Shown: positions 39,372 to 50,156, numbered from the stretch's first letter. The stretch: 64,000 bases of DNA from Thermoplasmata archaeon (GCA_035632695.1 DASQGG010000027.1:2073-66072); one strand, 5' to 3'. Numbers and translations: made by a program. Notes: a model not told the origin generated them from the sequence alone.

Positions 39372-40223
39372 ATGTCCGTTCGAACGATCGCCGTCCTCGG
39401 GGCGGGACAGATGGGGGCCGGCATCGCTCAGGTTGCGGCCGCGGCCGGATATGACGTGGTCATGCGGGATATCGAGGACCGCTTCGTCCTGGGAGGACTG
39501 TCCAAGATCCAGGGTCGGCTCCAGCGCGCCGTGAGCAAGGGGGAGCTCGACGCCGCGGCCCAGGAGGCCATCCGCTCCCGGATTCGGGGCACGCTGGACA
39601 TGGCCGCCGCGGCGAAGGCCGATCTCGTGATTGAAGCGGTTCCTGAGGAGCCCGAACTCAAGAAGTCGGTCCTCCGCGAGATGGACAGGATGGCGGCGCC
39701 GCAGACGATCCTGGCGAGCAACACGTCGTCCATCAGCATCGGTGAACTCGCCGCTGCGACCCGGCGTCCCGATCGATTCGTTGGCATGCACTTCTTCAAC
39801 CCCGTCCCCGTGATGAAGCTGGTCGAGGTCGTCCAGGGCAAAGCGACGAGCCCGGAGACCTTGCGAATTGCCCTCGAAGTCTGCATTCGGATGGGCAAGA
39901 CCCCCGTCGAGGTGCACGACTTCCCCGGCTTCGTCTCGAACCGGGTTCTCATGCCCATGATCAACGAGGCGATCCTGGCCCTCCAGGACGGCGTCGCCAC
40001 CAAGGAGGCCATCGACACGGTGATGAAGCTCGGCGCCAACCACCCCATGGGACCGCTCGAGCTCGCGGATTTCATCGGACTCGACACGTGCCTGAACATT
40101 CTCGAAGTCCTGGAGCGTGGCTTCGCGAGCAATAAGTACGCACCCGCGCCCCTCCTGCGGCGGATGGTCTCCGAGGGCAAGCTCGGGAAGAAATCGGGTC
40201 ACGGGTTCTACGAGTACGCGTGA
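39372..40223 (+). CDS. hbd: 3-hydroxybutyryl-CoA dehydrogenase
   Basis: GAGQMGAG, ASNTSS, GMHFFNP, PGFVSNR, HPMGPLELAD. Confidence 0.93.
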   Translation: MSVRTIAVLGAGQMGAGIAQVAAAAGYDVVMRDIEDRFVLGGLSKIQGRLQRAVSKGELDAAAQEAIRSRIRGTLDMAAAAKADLVIEAVPEEPELKKSVLREMDRMAAPQTILASNTSSISIGELAAATRRPDRFVGMHFFNPVPVMKLVEVVQGKATSPETLRIALEVCIRMGKTPVEVHDFPGFVSNRVLMPMINEAILALQDGVATKEAIDTVMKLGANHPMGPLELADFIGLDTCLNILEVLERGFASNKYAPAPLLRRMVSEGKLGKKSGHGFYEYA

Positions 40224-40244
40224 GCCGGGCTCCGGGCAGCCCGT

Positions 40245-40490
40245 CTAGAGCTTGCCGCCCAGGAGTCTCTGAAGGAAGGACGGGCCGGTAGGCTGCGACG
40301 GGGTCCGGATGATCTTTCCCGCGGTGGCCTGGCTCGTCTGGGATCCGGTGGCGGACTTGAGAAGGCCCTGGATGCCTTTTTGCCTCGTGGCCGCGAGGAT
40401 GACGGCGCCTACGACGGCTCCCGCGCCCGCGAGCGTGAGGAATTGTCGGCGGCTGATCCCGCGCCCCTTCGTGTCCGCTTCCGTGGCCAT
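40245..40490 (-). CDS. Small protein with twin-arginine signal
   Basis: ISRRQFL followed by a hydrophobic helix; 81 aa. Confidence 0.65.
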   Translation of the reverse strand: MATEADTKGRGISRRQFLTLAGAGAVVGAVILAATRQKGIQGLLKSATGSQTSQATAGKIIRTPSQPTGPSFLQRLLGGKL

Positions 40491-40717
40491 CGGAGTCCCC
40501 CTCTGGGCCTTTCGCCTTACGGCCTTTCCCGATTCAAAGGTGACGTGGTATAAACCGTTTGCGCACGCATCGTCCGAGTGCGTCCGCCGCCGGACCGGCT
40601 TGGCGCCGCGGAGGATCCGCGTCGAGAGAAACGACGTGTTCGGCCCCCCCTTCCGCAAGCCTTTTTTAGCGCACCTCCTATACCTCGTGATTTCCGAGGC
40701 TCTCGCGAGGAGGAGGC

Positions 40718-43700
40718 ATGTTACATAGAGTAAAGAAGGCCGTCACGAGAGACGAGGTCCTCGCCCTTCTGCAGCCCCTCCTGCGGGACTGGTTCACCGG
40801 GAAGTTCGCCGGCCTGACGGAGCCGCAGTCCTACGCGGTCCCGGTGATTCACGCGCGGAAGAATGTCCTCGTGTCCTCGCCCACGGGGAGCGGGAAGACC
40901 CTGACCGCGTTCCTCTCCGTGATCAACGAGCTGTACGCGAAGCAGCTCCGGGGCGAGCTGGAGAACCGGATCTACTGCCTGTACGTCTCGCCGCTCAAGG
41001 CCCTCGCGAACGACATCAACCGGAACCTCGAGGAGCCGCTGCGGGAAATCACCGAGCTGGCGGCCAAACAGAATGCGCCCCCGCCCGAGATTCGCGTCGC
41101 CGTCCGCAGCGGAGACACGTCGGCCCAGGAGCGTCAGAAGCAAGTGCGGCGCCCGCCCCATATCTTCATCACGACGCCCGAGAGCCTGGCGATCATCCTG
41201 AGCACGCCGAAGTTCCGCGAGGCGTTCTCCGAAGTCGAATGGGTCATCATCGACGAGATTCACGAGCTCTGCTCGTCGAAGCGTGGCGCCCTCCTGTCCG
41301 TCGGACTCGAGCGGCTGCGGGAGCAGACGGGCCGCGATTTCGTTCGGATCGGACTGAGCGCGACGATCGCGCCGATCGAGGAGGAGGCCAAGTTCCTCGC
41401 CGGGTATGAGGACGCGAAGCTGCGGGAGATGCACATCGTCGAGGTGGATACGCGGAAGTCGCTCGATCTCTCCGTGCTCTGCCCCGTCCGGGACATGACC
41501 GCCGTGCCCATGGACGTGGCCAACGCCCGGATGTACGACCTGTTGAGCGACTTGATCGACCAACACCGCACGACGCTCATCTTCACGAACACCCGGAGCG
41601 GCACCGAGCACGTCTCCTTCAAGCTCAAGGAGCGGGGCGTGGAGGATCTCGAGGCCCACCACGGCTCCCTCTCCAAGGTCACGCGCCTGGACGTTGAGCA
41701 GAAGCTCAAGAACGGCGAGCTCAAGGCCGCGGTCTCGTCCACCTCGCTCGAGCTCGGGATCGACATCGGCTACATCGACCTCGTCGTCCAGATCGGTTCG
41801 CCCAAGAGCGTGGCCAAGGGCCTGCAGCGGATCGGCCGCGCCGGCCACGCCTACGGGGAGACGGCGATGGGCCGCATGATTGCGTTCGAGCCGTGGGACC
41901 TCATGGAGTGCGCCACCCTGGCCAAAGCGGCGTACGACGGCCGCATCGACCGCGTCGACATCCCGAGGAATCCCCTGGATGTGCTCGCGCAGGCCCTGGT
42001 GGCGATGTCCCTCGAGCAGCGCTGGGGCACGGAGGAAGCCTACGAGCTCGTCCGGCGGTCCTATTCGTTCCATGACTTGCCCAAGAAGGACTTCCTCGCG
42101 GTCGTCGACTACCTGTCCTCCCGCAACCCGGACATCAAGGTGTTCGCGAAGATCTGGTTCGACGAGGCCGAGGGCCGCTTCGGGAAGAAGAAGGGCACCC
42201 GGATGATCTACTACACGAACGTGGGCACGATCCCCGAGGAGGGGACGTACCACGTGTACTCGGAGCGAGGCACGCCTCTCGGCGAGCTAAGCGAGCGGTT
42301 CGTGGAGTACCTGAGCCCCGGCGATGTCTTCGTCCTCGGGGGCCGCACGTACCAGTTCGCCCGCGCCCGCGGCACGTCCGTGTACGTGAAGGACGCCTCC
42401 GGCCGCAGGCCCACGGTGCCGTCGTGGACGGGCGAGATGCTGCCGCGGTCCTTCGACCTGTCCGTCCAGGTAGGCAAGTTCCGGAAGGACCTCGCCGCGA
42501 AGATCGACAAGGACGGCGAGAAGGCGGCCCGCGAGTGGCTGGCCCAGGAGTACCGCGTCGACGAGGGCTCCGCGACTTCCTTGGTCTCCTACACCCAGGA
42601 GCAGCGCGCCCTGATCGCGGATCTGCCGACGGACGACCAAGTGCTCCTCGAGGGATTCATCGACGAGAAGGGCAACCGGAACATCGTCTTCCACTTCCCC
42701 TTCGGGCGGCGGGTGAACGACGCTCTGAGCCGCGCCTACGCGTTCGCGCTCACGGAGAAGCAGCACACGAACGTCCGCGTGAGCGTGACGGACGACAACT
42801 TCATGCTCACGGTCCCGAAGCGCGTCGAGATTCCGGGCCTTGCCAGGCTCGTGGCGAGCGAGAACTTGGAAGACCTCCTGCGCAAGGCGATCAAGAACAC
42901 GGAGCTGTTCAAGCAGCGGTTCCGCCACTGCGCCACGCGGTCGTTCATGGTCCTGAGGAACTACAAGGGCCGCGAGGTCTCCATCGGCCGCCAGCAGCTC
43001 CGGTCCCAGCGCGTCCTCGACTGGCTCCACGAGATCGAGGACTTCCCCGTGGTCAAGGAGACGTACAACGAGATCCTCCACGAGGTCATGGATCTGGACC
43101 ATGCCCGCGAGGTGCTCCAGGCGATCGAGGCGGGGAAGGTCCGCGTGAAGGAGACGGACTTCAGCGGGCTCCCGTCGCCGTTCGCCCACAACGTCGTCCT
43201 CCAGGGCGTCTCGGACCTCGTCCTCATGGAGGACCGTTCCGCGCTCCTCCGCGAGCTGCACCGCAAGGTGCTCGAGCGCGTGATGCCCGCGGATCAGATC
43301 ACCGCGATCCAGTTCCAGCCCTCCGAGGTCCAGGAGTACTTCCGGAAGAAGCTGCCTAAGATTGCCCGCAAGGAGGACATTCTTTCCTACCTCGAGCGCG
43401 TCGGCGACGCGAACCTGCTCCAGCAGAAGGGCCGCAACCCGCTCGAACACGCGACCGCGTCGTTTCCGGATGTCCGCAAATGGTCCGGCATGCTCATGGA
43501 CGAAGGACTCGTCGAGAGTGTGTGGACGCCGCAGGGCGTGCACTGGGCACCGAAGGTCCTCGTGCCCACGTATGCGGCGGTGTATGCGCAGCGTTCGCGC
43601 CTGCGGCCAGCCGAGGAGAAGCTCCTCAACCTCATCCAAGAGAAGCCGCGGACACACAAGGAGCTCGCCCGCCTGACGAAGCTCGAGAAGGACGACCTGA

Positions 43701-46129
43701 ACGAGGCCTTGCGCAAGCTCGAGCGCGGGTACGCGGTCGGGCGCAAAGGCGTCGAGGAGACCGTCTACTTCCACCGCGACGTGGAGCGCGCGAAGTTCGA
43801 GGAATCCCTGGACCGCCTCCTCACTACGCGCCTCGAGGCGGAAGGGCCGCAATCGGCGCAGGAGCTGGCCGTGGCCATGGGTCTGGAGGCCGAGCTCGTC
43901 GAGGAGACCCTCCGGGACCTGGAGAAGGAGAGCCTCGTGACCTCGGGCCACTTCCTCGTGGACAAGGAGTTCCAGTACATGATGACGCGCGACCTGCAGC
44001 ACCTTCAGCGGAAAGGGGAGACGCGGGAGGTCTTCGAGGAGGGTCAGCTCAAGTCGTTCCTGCTCCAGAAGCAGTTCGCGGACATCCGCACGATCGACGA
44101 CTACTTCGACCGCTTCCTCGAGGTCGGGATGATCCTGGATCTCTGGAACCACGCGCCCGGGTTTGACTACGCGGAATGGCTCGTGCGCCGGAAGCAGGGG
44201 GAGATTCTCGAGGGGCGCTTCCTGAACGGTCGCGTGCGGTACGTCCGCGCGAAGGACGCTCCCCTGTTCCTCGCGGCGTTCCCGCGGAGCCCGTTGACGG
44301 ACCTCGAGCGCCGCATCCTCGATGTGATCCGCTCCACGGACGGCATCGATCTGTACCGGATCGTGGGCCGGGTCCGCGAGGACAAGGAGAAGGTCAAGGA
44401 GGCCCTGGACAAGCTCGACTACGACGTCTACGTGATCCGCAGGTTCCAGGGCGACGGGTGGACCGCGCGGAACTACTACGTGGCGTACGACCCGCCGCAG
44501 GAGCCCATCCCTGACGCGATCGAGAAGCTCGTCCGTGCCTTCCTGGCGGCCTACGGACCGGTGCCCTTCTCCGGGATTCGGGAGTGGGCGCGGTTCGAGT
44601 GGGACGATCTCGAGGTGCTCCTAGACCGGCTCGAGGAGCAGGGCGTCGTCACGCGCATCCTGATCACAGGCAAGGGCGAGACCGAGATGTACGTCCTCAC
44701 GGCGGAGCTCGAGGGGCTCCGCAAGGCCCCGGTGGACGGCGGCAAGGACTCCATGCGCGTGCTCTCCCTCCTGGATCCCTGGACCCAGCCTCTGTGGGCT
44801 CAGGTGGCGAGTCGCTACGGCGAGGGATGGTTCTTCCCCCTCGTCCAGGACGGCGATCTGGCGGGCATGGCGGAGATCTGGGAGATGAGCGGCTGCGTCG
44901 AGGTGCGCGAGCTGGATCTGGTCGCGCCGGACGCGCTCGGGCCGGCGATTGCCGCCCTCGGTCGCATGATGGAGTTCTACACGGTGCGGGGCGTCGATGT
45001 GCTGCGGGTCACGCGGTTCCTGGGCAAGGACGTCCCCGATGCGGAGGACGTGTCGCTATGGACGAACGCCGGCTTCGTCCGCCTCGGCGATTTCCTCGCG
45101 CACGGTCCCATCGTCCCGAGGGATTTCGACAAAAAGAATCTCCTCGCGTACGCGTTCTCGAAACAAGGGCTCCACCCCGACCAACCGTTCCCGAACGCCC
45201 TCGAGACGGCGAAGGCCCTGGGGGGCCTCCGGTCCGACTACGCCGTCCGCCTCCGGGTCCGGGAGTTCGTGCCACTCGAGCGGCTTCATCGCCAGGGGCT
45301 ACTCGCGAAGGGACTCGCGATTCCCGAGTACTGGTCGTACCTGCTGGAGGACGACCTCCGGCTCTACAAGGCCGCCAAGGCCGCACACCTCACCAAGGAC
45401 GAGAAGCATGTGCTGAAGATCGTCGCGGAAGAGGGGCCGATCTCGCGGCAGCGCGCTATGGCGCTGTCGGACCTGAGCTATCCCTCGACGGCGGACGCCC
45501 TGCGGAAGCTCTACCAGGGGAACCACGTGACGCGGGACGCCGGGAATCGGTATCGCCGGGTCCCCGACCTCAAGATCTCCCAGGAGGAGGCCCGGAAGGA
45601 GGTGCTCCGGCGGATCATCCGAAGCCTGGGCGCGACCTCGGCAGAAGCCCTCGCGGCGTACACGCGCTTCGAGTACAACATGGGCGAGACCCGACAGCGG
45701 CTGCGGGAGTTCGAGCGCGAGGGCTGGCTGACGAAGGGGTTCCTGGCCCGCGGCGAGCGCACGGTCTACTGGATCCTGAAGGACGACGTGGACCGCGTGG
45801 AGGAGGCGACCTTCCAGCGCAAGTTCGTCCTCACGCCCATGGACAACCTCTTCCTTTACCTGCGTCAGGAGATCGTGAACAAATTCCACTCCGGCTACTG
45901 CTACGTGGTCTTCGACGGCACAGAGATGGTCGCGTCCTTCAAGGCCCGTCGGCGGAAGACCGAGTTCGTGATCACGGAGTTCGAGGGCGAGCCCGAGACC
46001 CGGCGGATCGTGGACGCGTGGCAGGAGGAGAATGAGCTCGCGGTCCACGAAGAGGTCGACCGGATCTCGGACCACGAAGTCATGGAGTGGTTCGCGAAGA
46101 TGTACGGTCGCGGTGCGGCGGAGCGATGA
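40718..46129 (+). CDS. lhr: Lhr-family SF2 helicase with long winged-helix/AlkZ-like C-terminal region
   Basis: PTGSGKT, SPLKALAND, TTPESL, DEIHE, GLSAT, HHGSLS, QRIGRAGH, PSWTGE. Confidence 0.92.
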   Translation: MLHRVKKAVTRDEVLALLQPLLRDWFTGKFAGLTEPQSYAVPVIHARKNVLVSSPTGSGKTLTAFLSVINELYAKQLRGELENRIYCLYVSPLKALANDINRNLEEPLREITELAAKQNAPPPEIRVAVRSGDTSAQERQKQVRRPPHIFITTPESLAIILSTPKFREAFSEVEWVIIDEIHELCSSKRGALLSVGLERLREQTGRDFVRIGLSATIAPIEEEAKFLAGYEDAKLREMHIVEVDTRKSLDLSVLCPVRDMTAVPMDVANARMYDLLSDLIDQHRTTLIFTNTRSGTEHVSFKLKERGVEDLEAHHGSLSKVTRLDVEQKLKNGELKAAVSSTSLELGIDIGYIDLVVQIGSPKSVAKGLQRIGRAGHAYGETAMGRMIAFEPWDLMECATLAKAAYDGRIDRVDIPRNPLDVLAQALVAMSLEQRWGTEEAYELVRRSYSFHDLPKKDFLAVVDYLSSRNPDIKVFAKIWFDEAEGRFGKKKGTRMIYYTNVGTIPEEGTYHVYSERGTPLGELSERFVEYLSPGDVFVLGGRTYQFARARGTSVYVKDASGRRPTVPSWTGEMLPRSFDLSVQVGKFRKDLAAKIDKDGEKAAREWLAQEYRVDEGSATSLVSYTQEQRALIADLPTDDQVLLEGFIDEKGNRNIVFHFPFGRRVNDALSRAYAFALTEKQHTNVRVSVTDDNFMLTVPKRVEIPGLARLVASENLEDLLRKAIKNTELFKQRFRHCATRSFMVLRNYKGREVSIGRQQLRSQRVLDWLHEIEDFPVVKETYNEILHEVMDLDHAREVLQAIEAGKVRVKETDFSGLPSPFAHNVVLQGVSDLVLMEDRSALLRELHRKVLERVMPADQITAIQFQPSEVQEYFRKKLPKIARKEDILSYLERVGDANLLQQKGRNPLEHATASFPDVRKWSGMLMDEGLVESVWTPQGVHWAPKVLVPTYAAVYAQRSRLRPAEEKLLNLIQEKPRTHKELARLTKLEKDDLNEALRKLERGYAVGRKGVEETVYFHRDVERAKFEESLDRLLTTRLEAEGPQSAQELAVAMGLEAELVEETLRDLEKESLVTSGHFLVDKEFQYMMTRDLQHLQRKGETREVFEEGQLKSFLLQKQFADIRTIDDYFDRFLEVGMILDLWNHAPGFDYAEWLVRRKQGEILEGRFLNGRVRYVRAKDAPLFLAAFPRSPLTDLERRILDVIRSTDGIDLYRIVGRVREDKEKVKEALDKLDYDVYVIRRFQGDGWTARNYYVAYDPPQEPIPDAIEKLVRAFLAAYGPVPFSGIREWARFEWDDLEVLLDRLEEQGVVTRILITGKGETEMYVLTAELEGLRKAPVDGGKDSMRVLSLLDPWTQPLWAQVASRYGEGWFFPLVQDGDLAGMAEIWEMSGCVEVRELDLVAPDALGPAIAALGRMMEFYTVRGVDVLRVTRFLGKDVPDAEDVSLWTNAGFVRLGDFLAHGPIVPRDFDKKNLLAYAFSKQGLHPDQPFPNALETAKALGGLRSDYAVRLRVREFVPLERLHRQGLLAKGLAIPEYWSYLLEDDLRLYKAAKAAHLTKDEKHVLKIVAEEGPISRQRAMALSDLSYPSTADALRKLYQGNHVTRDAGNRYRRVPDLKISQEEARKEVLRRIIRSLGATSAEALAAYTRFEYNMGETRQRLREFEREGWLTKGFLARGERTVYWILKDDVDRVEEATFQRKFVLTPMDNLFLYLRQEIVNKFHSGYCYVVFDGTEMVASFKARRRKTEFVITEFEGEPETRRIVDAWQEENELAVHEEVDRISDHEVMEWFAKMYGRGAAER

Positions 46130-46536
46130 CCGTCACGGGCGTCGACACGATTGCCGTGGTCGTCTCAGACGCGCGGAAGTCCATTGCGTGGTACCGCGAC
46201 GTCCTGGGATTGGAGGTCGCGTACATTGGGCCCGCGGCCGCCAATCCGGATCCGACCGTCCAAGGCACACCGGATCGCCCGGGGCACTGGGTCGAGCTAG
46301 GGCCCGGCCGCCCGCGGACGCGCATCCATCTCTGCGACCTCGGAGGCAAGACCGAACCGGGACCGACGGGGATTACCTTGTTGACTGACGACCTTCGGTC
46401 GGAGTACGAACGGATGCGAGCCCGCGGTGTCCGGTTTCTCCATCCGCCGCGCAAGATGGACTGGGGCGAGCGGCTGGTCGCTTTCGTGGACCCCGACGGC
46501 AACGAGTTCGACCTGAAGCAGCCTGCAGAGCGCTAG
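46126..46536 (+). CDS. VOC/glyoxalase family protein
   Basis: WYRDVLGL, MDWGER, DPDGNEF; ATGA overlap with lhr. Confidence 0.85.
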   Translation: MTVTGVDTIAVVVSDARKSIAWYRDVLGLEVAYIGPAAANPDPTVQGTPDRPGHWVELGPGRPRTRIHLCDLGGKTEPGPTGITLLTDDLRSEYERMRARGVRFLHPPRKMDWGERLVAFVDPDGNEFDLKQPAER

Positions 46537-46579
46537 CCCTGGGCAACCTTTATCGAGCGGCGGTCGATGGCCGACCTCG

Positions 46580-47794
46580 ATGCCTATCGAGGACGTCCTC
46601 GGCCGGTTGGACAAGATGCGGGCTGACATGGTCTCCACGCTCGCCGACCTGTGCCGCATCCCCGCCATCGGGCCGACGAACGGCGGCGAGGGCGAAGGCA
46701 AGAAGGCCGCGGCGGTCCAAACCCTCCTGAAGGACTCGGGCCTCAAGGTCGAACACTTCGACGCGCCGGACAAGCGCGTCCCGGGTGGGAAGCGTCCCAA
46801 CCTCATCGTGCGCCTCGGGAAGGGCCCCCGCCTCTGGTTCCTCTGCCACCTGGACATCGTCCCGCCCGGCGATCCGAAAGGATGGCGGTGCGACCCGTTC
46901 GACCCGAGACTCTTGGACGGTCGCCTCTACGGCCGCGGCACGGAGGACAACGGCCAGGCGCTCGTCTCCGTGCTCTCCGCGTACCGGGCCATCGTCAAGG
47001 CGAAGGAGAAGCCCGGCCGTGCCTTGGGTTTCGCGATCGTTTCCGACGAGGAGACGGGCAGCGCCCTCGGCGTGAAGCATCTCCTCACGCAGGACCTGTT
47101 CCAGCCCAAGGACGCCTTCGTCATCCCGGATTGGGGCATGTCCTCCGGCGGCGAGGTCGAGGTTGCAGAGAAGAGCCTCCTCTGGCTCAAGATCACGGTC
47201 ACGGGCAAGCAGGGCCACGCGAGCCTGCCGAACGAAGCGGTGAACGCCCACCGCGCCGGCGCGTTCCTCACGACCGCGGTTGACGCGAACCTCCCCCGGC
47301 GGTTCAAGGCGACGGACCCCCTGTTCCGTCCCTGGGCGTCGACGTTCGAGCCCACGAAGCACGAGCCCAACGTCCCCAACGTGAACACGATCCCCGGCGA
47401 GGACGTCTTCTACTTCGACTGCCGGGTCCTCCCCAGCTACGCGCCCAAAGAGGTCGTCGCCGCGGTCCAGGAGCTCGCGGCGCAGACGATGCAGACCTTC
47501 GGCGTCCAGGTGAAGATTGAGGTCACGAACCAGGAGTCGAGCCCGCCCACCCCCGCGGACGCGCCGATCGTGCGGGAGCTCCTGAGGGTCCTCCAGAAGG
47601 TGCGAAACCTCCGGGCAAAGCCCGTCGGGATCGGCGGTGGCACCGTGGCGGGGCCGCTCCGGGAGGAGAGGTTCCCGTGTGCCGTGTGGTCGACCACGGA
47701 CGAGACGGGGCACGGGATCAACGAGTACAGCCGCGTGGACAACCTCGTCGCGGACGCCAAGGTGTTCGCAGCCCTCATGCTCGGGCCCGAGTGA
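46580..47794 (+). CDS. M20 metallohydrolase
   Basis: HLDIVPPG, GRGTEDNGQ, SDEETGS, GKQGHAS, GIGGGT. Confidence 0.9.
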   Translation: MPIEDVLGRLDKMRADMVSTLADLCRIPAIGPTNGGEGEGKKAAAVQTLLKDSGLKVEHFDAPDKRVPGGKRPNLIVRLGKGPRLWFLCHLDIVPPGDPKGWRCDPFDPRLLDGRLYGRGTEDNGQALVSVLSAYRAIVKAKEKPGRALGFAIVSDEETGSALGVKHLLTQDLFQPKDAFVIPDWGMSSGGEVEVAEKSLLWLKITVTGKQGHASLPNEAVNAHRAGAFLTTAVDANLPRRFKATDPLFRPWASTFEPTKHEPNVPNVNTIPGEDVFYFDCRVLPSYAPKEVVAAVQELAAQTMQTFGVQVKIEVTNQESSPPTPADAPIVRELLRVLQKVRNLRAKPVGIGGGTVAGPLREERFPCAVWSTTDETGHGINEYSRVDNLVADAKVFAALMLGPE

Positions 47795-48019
47795 TCAGGC
47801 GCGCGACGTGACGACGGCGTCCTTGATCATGACGACGCTCACGCTGTCGAGGAGCAGGTGCGCCCCGCACTTCGGGCAGTCAATCCCGTTCCATGTGTCC
47901 GCGGAGCGGGACGAGTCCAAAGAGATCCGCGTGGACTTGCAATAGGGGCACAGGAAGCTGACCTGGAGGTCTCGGTCCTTCAGGCGGTCCAGGGTCACCT
48001 TGTCCACGATGGGTTGCAC
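47795..48019 (-). CDS. Small zinc-finger protein
   Basis: CPYC...CPKC; GGAGG upstream. Confidence 0.65.
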   Translation of the reverse strand: MQPIVDKVTLDRLKDRDLQVSFLCPYCKSTRISLDSSRSADTWNGIDCPKCGAHLLLDSVSVVMIKDAVVTSRA

Positions 48020-48103
48020 GCCTTGTCCTCCATCACGGGTCGCCTACCCGTTCGACTTGGAGGCATATTAAGAAAATGGAACACCTGTCGAAGTTCCGAC
48101 GAC

Positions 48104-50044
48104 TCAGCCCGTCCCCGTGGCCGCGCGATCGTTCAGGCGCAGCGCGCGGTCCGCGCAGGAGGTCGCCTCGTCGTACCGGCCCAGCTTCGTCAGCACGTAG
48201 CCTTTGTTCACCCACGCCCCGCGGTACCCGGGATCGATCTCCAGAGCCCGGTCGTAGCACGCGAGCGCCTCCTCGAAGTGCCCGAGCCGGGCGAGCGTGT
48301 TGCCCTTGTTGTTCCAGGCGACCTCGTACCTCGGGTTGACCTTGAGGGCGGCGTTGAAGCTGCGGAGGGCGTCAATCAAGCGCCCCATCTTGGTCAAGGC
48401 GTTCCCCTTGTTCAGCCACGCGACCTCGTTGCGCGGATTCAGGTCGAGCGCCTTGTCGATGACCCTGAGGGCCTCCTCGTACCGGCCCATGAGGACGAGG
48501 CTCGCGCCCTTCCCGTACCAGGGCGTCTCCTCGCCCGGCGTGCCCTTCCCGGCCACGGCAATCGCGCGGTCGAAGTCCTGGACGGACGCCGCATAGTCCT
48601 GGCGCCTCAGGTGGGTCTCGGCCTTCGTGAGTTCGCGGCCCAGGAGCAAGCCGGAGCGCCGCTGCCGGACGCCCTCGGCAACGACCGCCGCGGGCCACGG
48701 CGTCAGGGCGACCAGGCCGAACGTCCACGCGGCGCTCCCCGCGAAGGGAAACCCGAGGGCTTCGACGAGCGCAAGCGCGACGAGCGGCAGCGCGGCCGCC
48801 GCTACAATCAGGTCGCGCGTCTTGGACGCGAGCAGGCGTCGCGTCGCGAAGGCGAGCCCCAGGGCGCCCGAGACGGACAAGATGGGCGCGAGCGTCTGGT
48901 GGAGCACGGGAGCGGCCGAGGAGAGGATCGCCCCCACGAGCAAGGCGATCGCGTCCGTCCGAGGCAGGCCCACGCCTCGGGCCACAAAGCCCGTCGCGAC
49001 CAGGTACGCCGCGAGGATGCCGGCCATCGCGGCGACGCTCCATGCGATTCCCGGCTCACCCGCGAGATTCGACACGTAGAGGATTCCCGCTGCGGCCACA
49101 AGGAGTCCTCCCGTGAGTTCGGAGGGCAGCCGAACGGAGGACCGTCGCCTCGGCACGCGACGAGGGGTTTGCCGCACCCTCGGCGTCCGCGGAACGCGGT
49201 GGGCGTCAGGAGCGGGAGGGCTGGGGGCTGTCCGCGGACTCGGGACGGGCCGGATTGGCGTCCTGGGAGGCCGCGCGATCGGTCGGAGCCGAGGCGGCTC
49301 GAGCGGCTTCTTGGCGCTCGCGACCGTCTCCGCCGCGGGCGGGGGCGCAGGAGCGGCGGAAGGCCGAGGGTACGATGCGGGTTGCTGGGGCTTCGGGGCC
49401 TTGGCGCGCTTCGCGATGCGGCGGATCTTGGTCTCCTTCTTCGTCCTCGCAGGTTGGTCCAGCTCCCTGAGGATGTCGTCGATCTGGTCGAGTTCCGAGG
49501 GTTCCTGAGGCGCGGCCGGATGGGGCTCGGGTGGCGTCTCCATCGTGCGCGCGGCTTGCGGTTCCGTCGCGGGAGCGGCGGTCTCCCCCGGAGGTTCCTC
49601 GGTCCCGCCGAGCGGCTCGCCACAGATCTCGCACTCCTTCCACGTGGCCTCGTTGTCGGCGCCGCAGACGGGGCAGAGGGTGATATCGAGGATATCCTTC
49701 TCGGGGACCGGTTCCACGGGCTCGGGCTCGAACTCCGCCCCGCAGCGCGGGCACTTCGGATCCCCCGTGGCCACGAAGCCGCCGCAGTTCGTGCAGAGGA
49801 ACAGAAGGCCGTTCTCTCCCGACTTCAGGACGTCGTCCACGTCGCGGTCCTGGAGCTGCTTCGGGTTGCGGAACCCCTTCTCGAATAGGGCGAGGGCTTT
49901 CTCGCGGGGGATGCCGAGGGCTCGGCAGAGGCGGACGACTGCCTCGTCGATGACGAAGGCCCCGCAGTTTTCGCACTCCGTCTCGTCCGGGGGCATCGGC
50001 TCCTGACAGACGGGGCACAGGGCCCGGGCTGTCTTCCCGGGCAT
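48104..50044 (-). CDS. Zinc-ribbon / Pro-rich / multi-TM / TPR protein
   Basis: Three CxxC pairs, Pro-rich linker, about 6 TM helices, AWxNKG TPR repeats. Confidence 0.8.
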   Translation of the reverse strand: MPGKTARALCPVCQEPMPPDETECENCGAFVIDEAVVRLCRALGIPREKALALFEKGFRNPKQLQDRDVDDVLKSGENGLLFLCTNCGGFVATGDPKCPRCGAEFEPEPVEPVPEKDILDITLCPVCGADNEATWKECEICGEPLGGTEEPPGETAAPATEPQAARTMETPPEPHPAAPQEPSELDQIDDILRELDQPARTKKETKIRRIAKRAKAPKPQQPASYPRPSAAPAPPPAAETVASAKKPLEPPRLRPIARPPRTPIRPVPSPRTAPSPPAPDAHRVPRTPRVRQTPRRVPRRRSSVRLPSELTGGLLVAAAGILYVSNLAGEPGIAWSVAAMAGILAAYLVATGFVARGVGLPRTDAIALLVGAILSSAAPVLHQTLAPILSVSGALGLAFATRRLLASKTRDLIVAAAALPLVALALVEALGFPFAGSAAWTFGLVALTPWPAAVVAEGVRQRRSGLLLGRELTKAETHLRRQDYAASVQDFDRAIAVAGKGTPGEETPWYGKGASLVLMGRYEEALRVIDKALDLNPRNEVAWLNKGNALTKMGRLIDALRSFNAALKVNPRYEVAWNNKGNTLARLGHFEEALACYDRALEIDPGYRGAWVNKGYVLTKLGRYDEATSCADRALRLNDRAATGTG

Positions 50045-50156
50045 CGCCTCGGTCCATGTCGGGCCTCGGGCCATAAAGCCGCGCACCCTGTTGTCAGCCG
50101 CGATAACCCTGGGGTCGGACCGCTTAAGTAGCGCGGGACGCTTGCTCGGCCGTCCC

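Noticed and set aside
40560..40640. Run of small hairpins upstream of lhr as a structured ncRNA
   Set aside because: Short GC-rich stems are expected by chance; no recognisable RNA family
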